This document shows positions 61,963 through 64,000 of a stretch of DNA of 64,000 bases, piece by piece. This DNA is from Zootoca vivipara. Taxonomy: Eukaryota. The notes beneath the pieces are model-generated. The model made no database searches and was not told the DNA's origin. It saw only the letters and a program-made list of their open reading frames with translations. The stretch covers positions 17,484,001 through 17,548,000 of the forward strand of contig NC_083278.1 of assembly GCF_963506605.1 (NCBI RefSeq). Direction: 5' to 3'. The position numbers and the translations under genes were made by a program. Each line of letters starts with the position of its first letter. Position 1 is the stretch's first letter.

Positions 61963-62603
61963 TACTGTAGCATGAAAGACGAGTCATATCAGGGAAGGAG
62001 TGGAGTGCATGGCACTGGGAAAAGAAAAATATAAAGGAAAAATCCTTCTCCACTGGAGCAGCGATTTTGCCTAAAATGCAGCAGCTGAGTCACAAGACTT
62101 ACAGATGTCTGTACTTCACCTAAGGAAAGCTCAGCTATGGGACTCCTTGACACAAGGGAAATGCTGCGGCAAAGGATTTAGCCATTTCCAAAGAGGGTTA
62201 GATATCTGTAGAACGTGATAGCAGTGATTGCCAACTGATTGTGCCAATCTCTGCCTCTGTCTGCCACCATCATGTGACTGGCTCTAGCACTGCACCACCA
62301 TTTTGTGACCGCTGGGCCTCCGTAATTTTCAACAGGAAGTTCAAGGACCCCGGCCCTACAACCCTCTCCTCAGTGCCACAGCCTCACCTCTTAAACCCTA
62401 CCCTATTTTCATCTTCCTTGTTGTGTATTTCATTTCTTTGCCACTAAACCTTATTGGCTCTCTAAGCACTCATGCTCATTGGCTACATTCAAATGAAGGA
62501 ATGCTACTGAATATCAACCTAGGCAAGTTGTGCTTCCTTTTTCTGGTTATTTGGCTATAACGTTTGATAGAATACTGATAATTGAACAAACTTTGTTGCA
62601 TTA

Positions 62604-62757
62604 CAATCGTACCTCTTGTTACGTCAGTCTCCGGTTGCGGTTTTTCAGGATACGAACGCTGTGTGTGTGTGCACAGAAACGGTGCTCTAGTTGCGGACTT
62701 TTCGGGGTGCAAACTGCATCCCCGAATGGATCGAGTCCGTAACTAGAGGTACCACGG
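62604..62757. mobile_element. Tigger-like MITE
   Basis: TA-CAATCGTACCTCTTGTTACG / CGTAACTAGAGGTACCACGG-TA. Confidence 0.8.
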
Positions 62758-63594
62758 TATATTCTTCATTAAATTATCCTTCCATTGATATATAATTTTA
62801 TAGCATTACTCAAAAATAAGTGGTGTTATGCGCCATCAAACCTCAGAAACACACTTTTTCCAAAAGGCTTCCACAATTTTGGCCACTAGTGTAAATGGCA
62901 GCTAGGTTTCTCTTTTGGTCGATTCAGATTGAAGCTGGTTTGGCAGGAAATGCCTAAAAACACACTGTTTACACTGTTTCCAATGTGCTCCCACCTCTGG
63001 TTGGGGAAGTGGCGTACACACAATGTTCACTGCAATCCTATTCTGTAATTTCCTATGAAATGCTGAATTTTGATGCATTCTCTCCCAAACCAGTTTCTGA
63101 ATTGACCAAAAGAACAACCCAGCCGCATTTTAAGCTGGTAATGTGTACGCAGCCACAGTATTTCATAAGAAACAACCAGATAGATGTGGATTGTAACGAA
63201 TGTTGCATTTAAACTGTTTCCCATACAAGCAGTGGGGACACACTGGATGTGGAGTAAACAGAAGTACCCAACCTTATTTTACAAATAAGCCGGATGTGGT
63301 CGACCAACACCTTGCAAAATTGCAGGAGCTAGCATGCAATACAGGCGTGTCTGTAAGGGCGGGGGGAACAGAACTTTTTTACTTTTATGTTGCTGGAGCT
63401 TCATCAGAGTGCAATCTGTGGAATTCAGCCATTCCTGCTAAACTTTCTGACAAAGGAGCACAGAGATCCAATCCATTCCATAACTGTCTGTTGCTTTATA
63501 AAGGGAAACTGAACTTTCCCTGTCCTTTCCAATAGGTAGCGTTGCATTCATATGGTGACTGCATGGCTCTTTCAGAGTCCTCAGTGACAGAAAG

Positions 63595-63631
63595 CAGAAC
63601 TGATGGTTATCTCAGAACTGATGGTTATCTC
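63595..63631. repeat. 18-bp tandem duplication
   Basis: CAGAACTGATGGTTATCT occurs twice in tandem. Confidence 0.9.
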
Positions 63632-64000
63632 AAAATTTGTTAGCCTTGTTTGGATTTCACAATATTGACATCACTTGTTTCCTGCTCAGAAAGGTCACTT
63701 TAAGTTCCCCTCTGAAGTTTAAAAAAATGAACCCTGCATGTTCGTTTGGTTTTTTTTTTTATTACAAAATGCAATGACCAAACAAAAAAAACCTTTTCTT
63801 AAATGATAACTATAGGACTAGTTGTTACAAGGCCTGATTTTTACATTTGTTAAAAACACACAAGTTTCATAACTTTTCTGCTTCCCACCCCCCTGCCCTC
63901 ATCTGAAGATGACAAATGGTACTTCTCTGATTGGTGAACCAATTAGATCGTATTTCCAAGATTGTTGAAAGAACCTATTTGCTAATTGACAGGGAAGCAA

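Noticed and set aside
32100-64000. HS1BP3 or other coding exons
   Set aside because: No ORF or exon with recognisable similarity was found. Small exons could have been missed by eye.

Overview
Vertebrate genomic DNA, almost certainly a squamate and probably a lacertid lizard (Sauria SINEs, BovB and tRNA/CR1-tail SINEs are present). It contains three gene-related elements. (1) A CpG island at ~4.1-5.3 kb with a minus-strand first-exon/donor signature, probably the PUM2 promoter (inferred from synteny only). (2) A complete 6-coding-exon, 484-aa SLC7 light-chain transporter (12855-22924, +), assembled here by hand with canonical GT-AG junctions. From its position between the putative PUM2 promoter and RHOB it is most likely SLC7A15/arpAT, a gene inactivated in primates. 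(3) An intronless RHOB (29725-30315, +) with CCAAT/TATA promoter and a miRNA-site-rich 3'UTR. I found no recognisable coding exon downstream of ~32 kb. The rest is a dense transposon landscape: a young 5'-truncated L1 with TSD, a BovB 3' end, Sauria SINEs of two subtypes, many Tigger-like and hAT MITEs (several nested, some with swapped or inverted cargo), a solo LTR, a U6 fragment, and five Penelope-like terminal fragments, four of which carry minimal hammerhead ribozyme motifs. I see no convincing evidence of a wholly new biological system. The best leads are the intact arpAT-like transporter, the dimer-type hammerheads and the modular MITEs. Coordinates were counted by hand, and repeat boundaries without a TSD are approximate.
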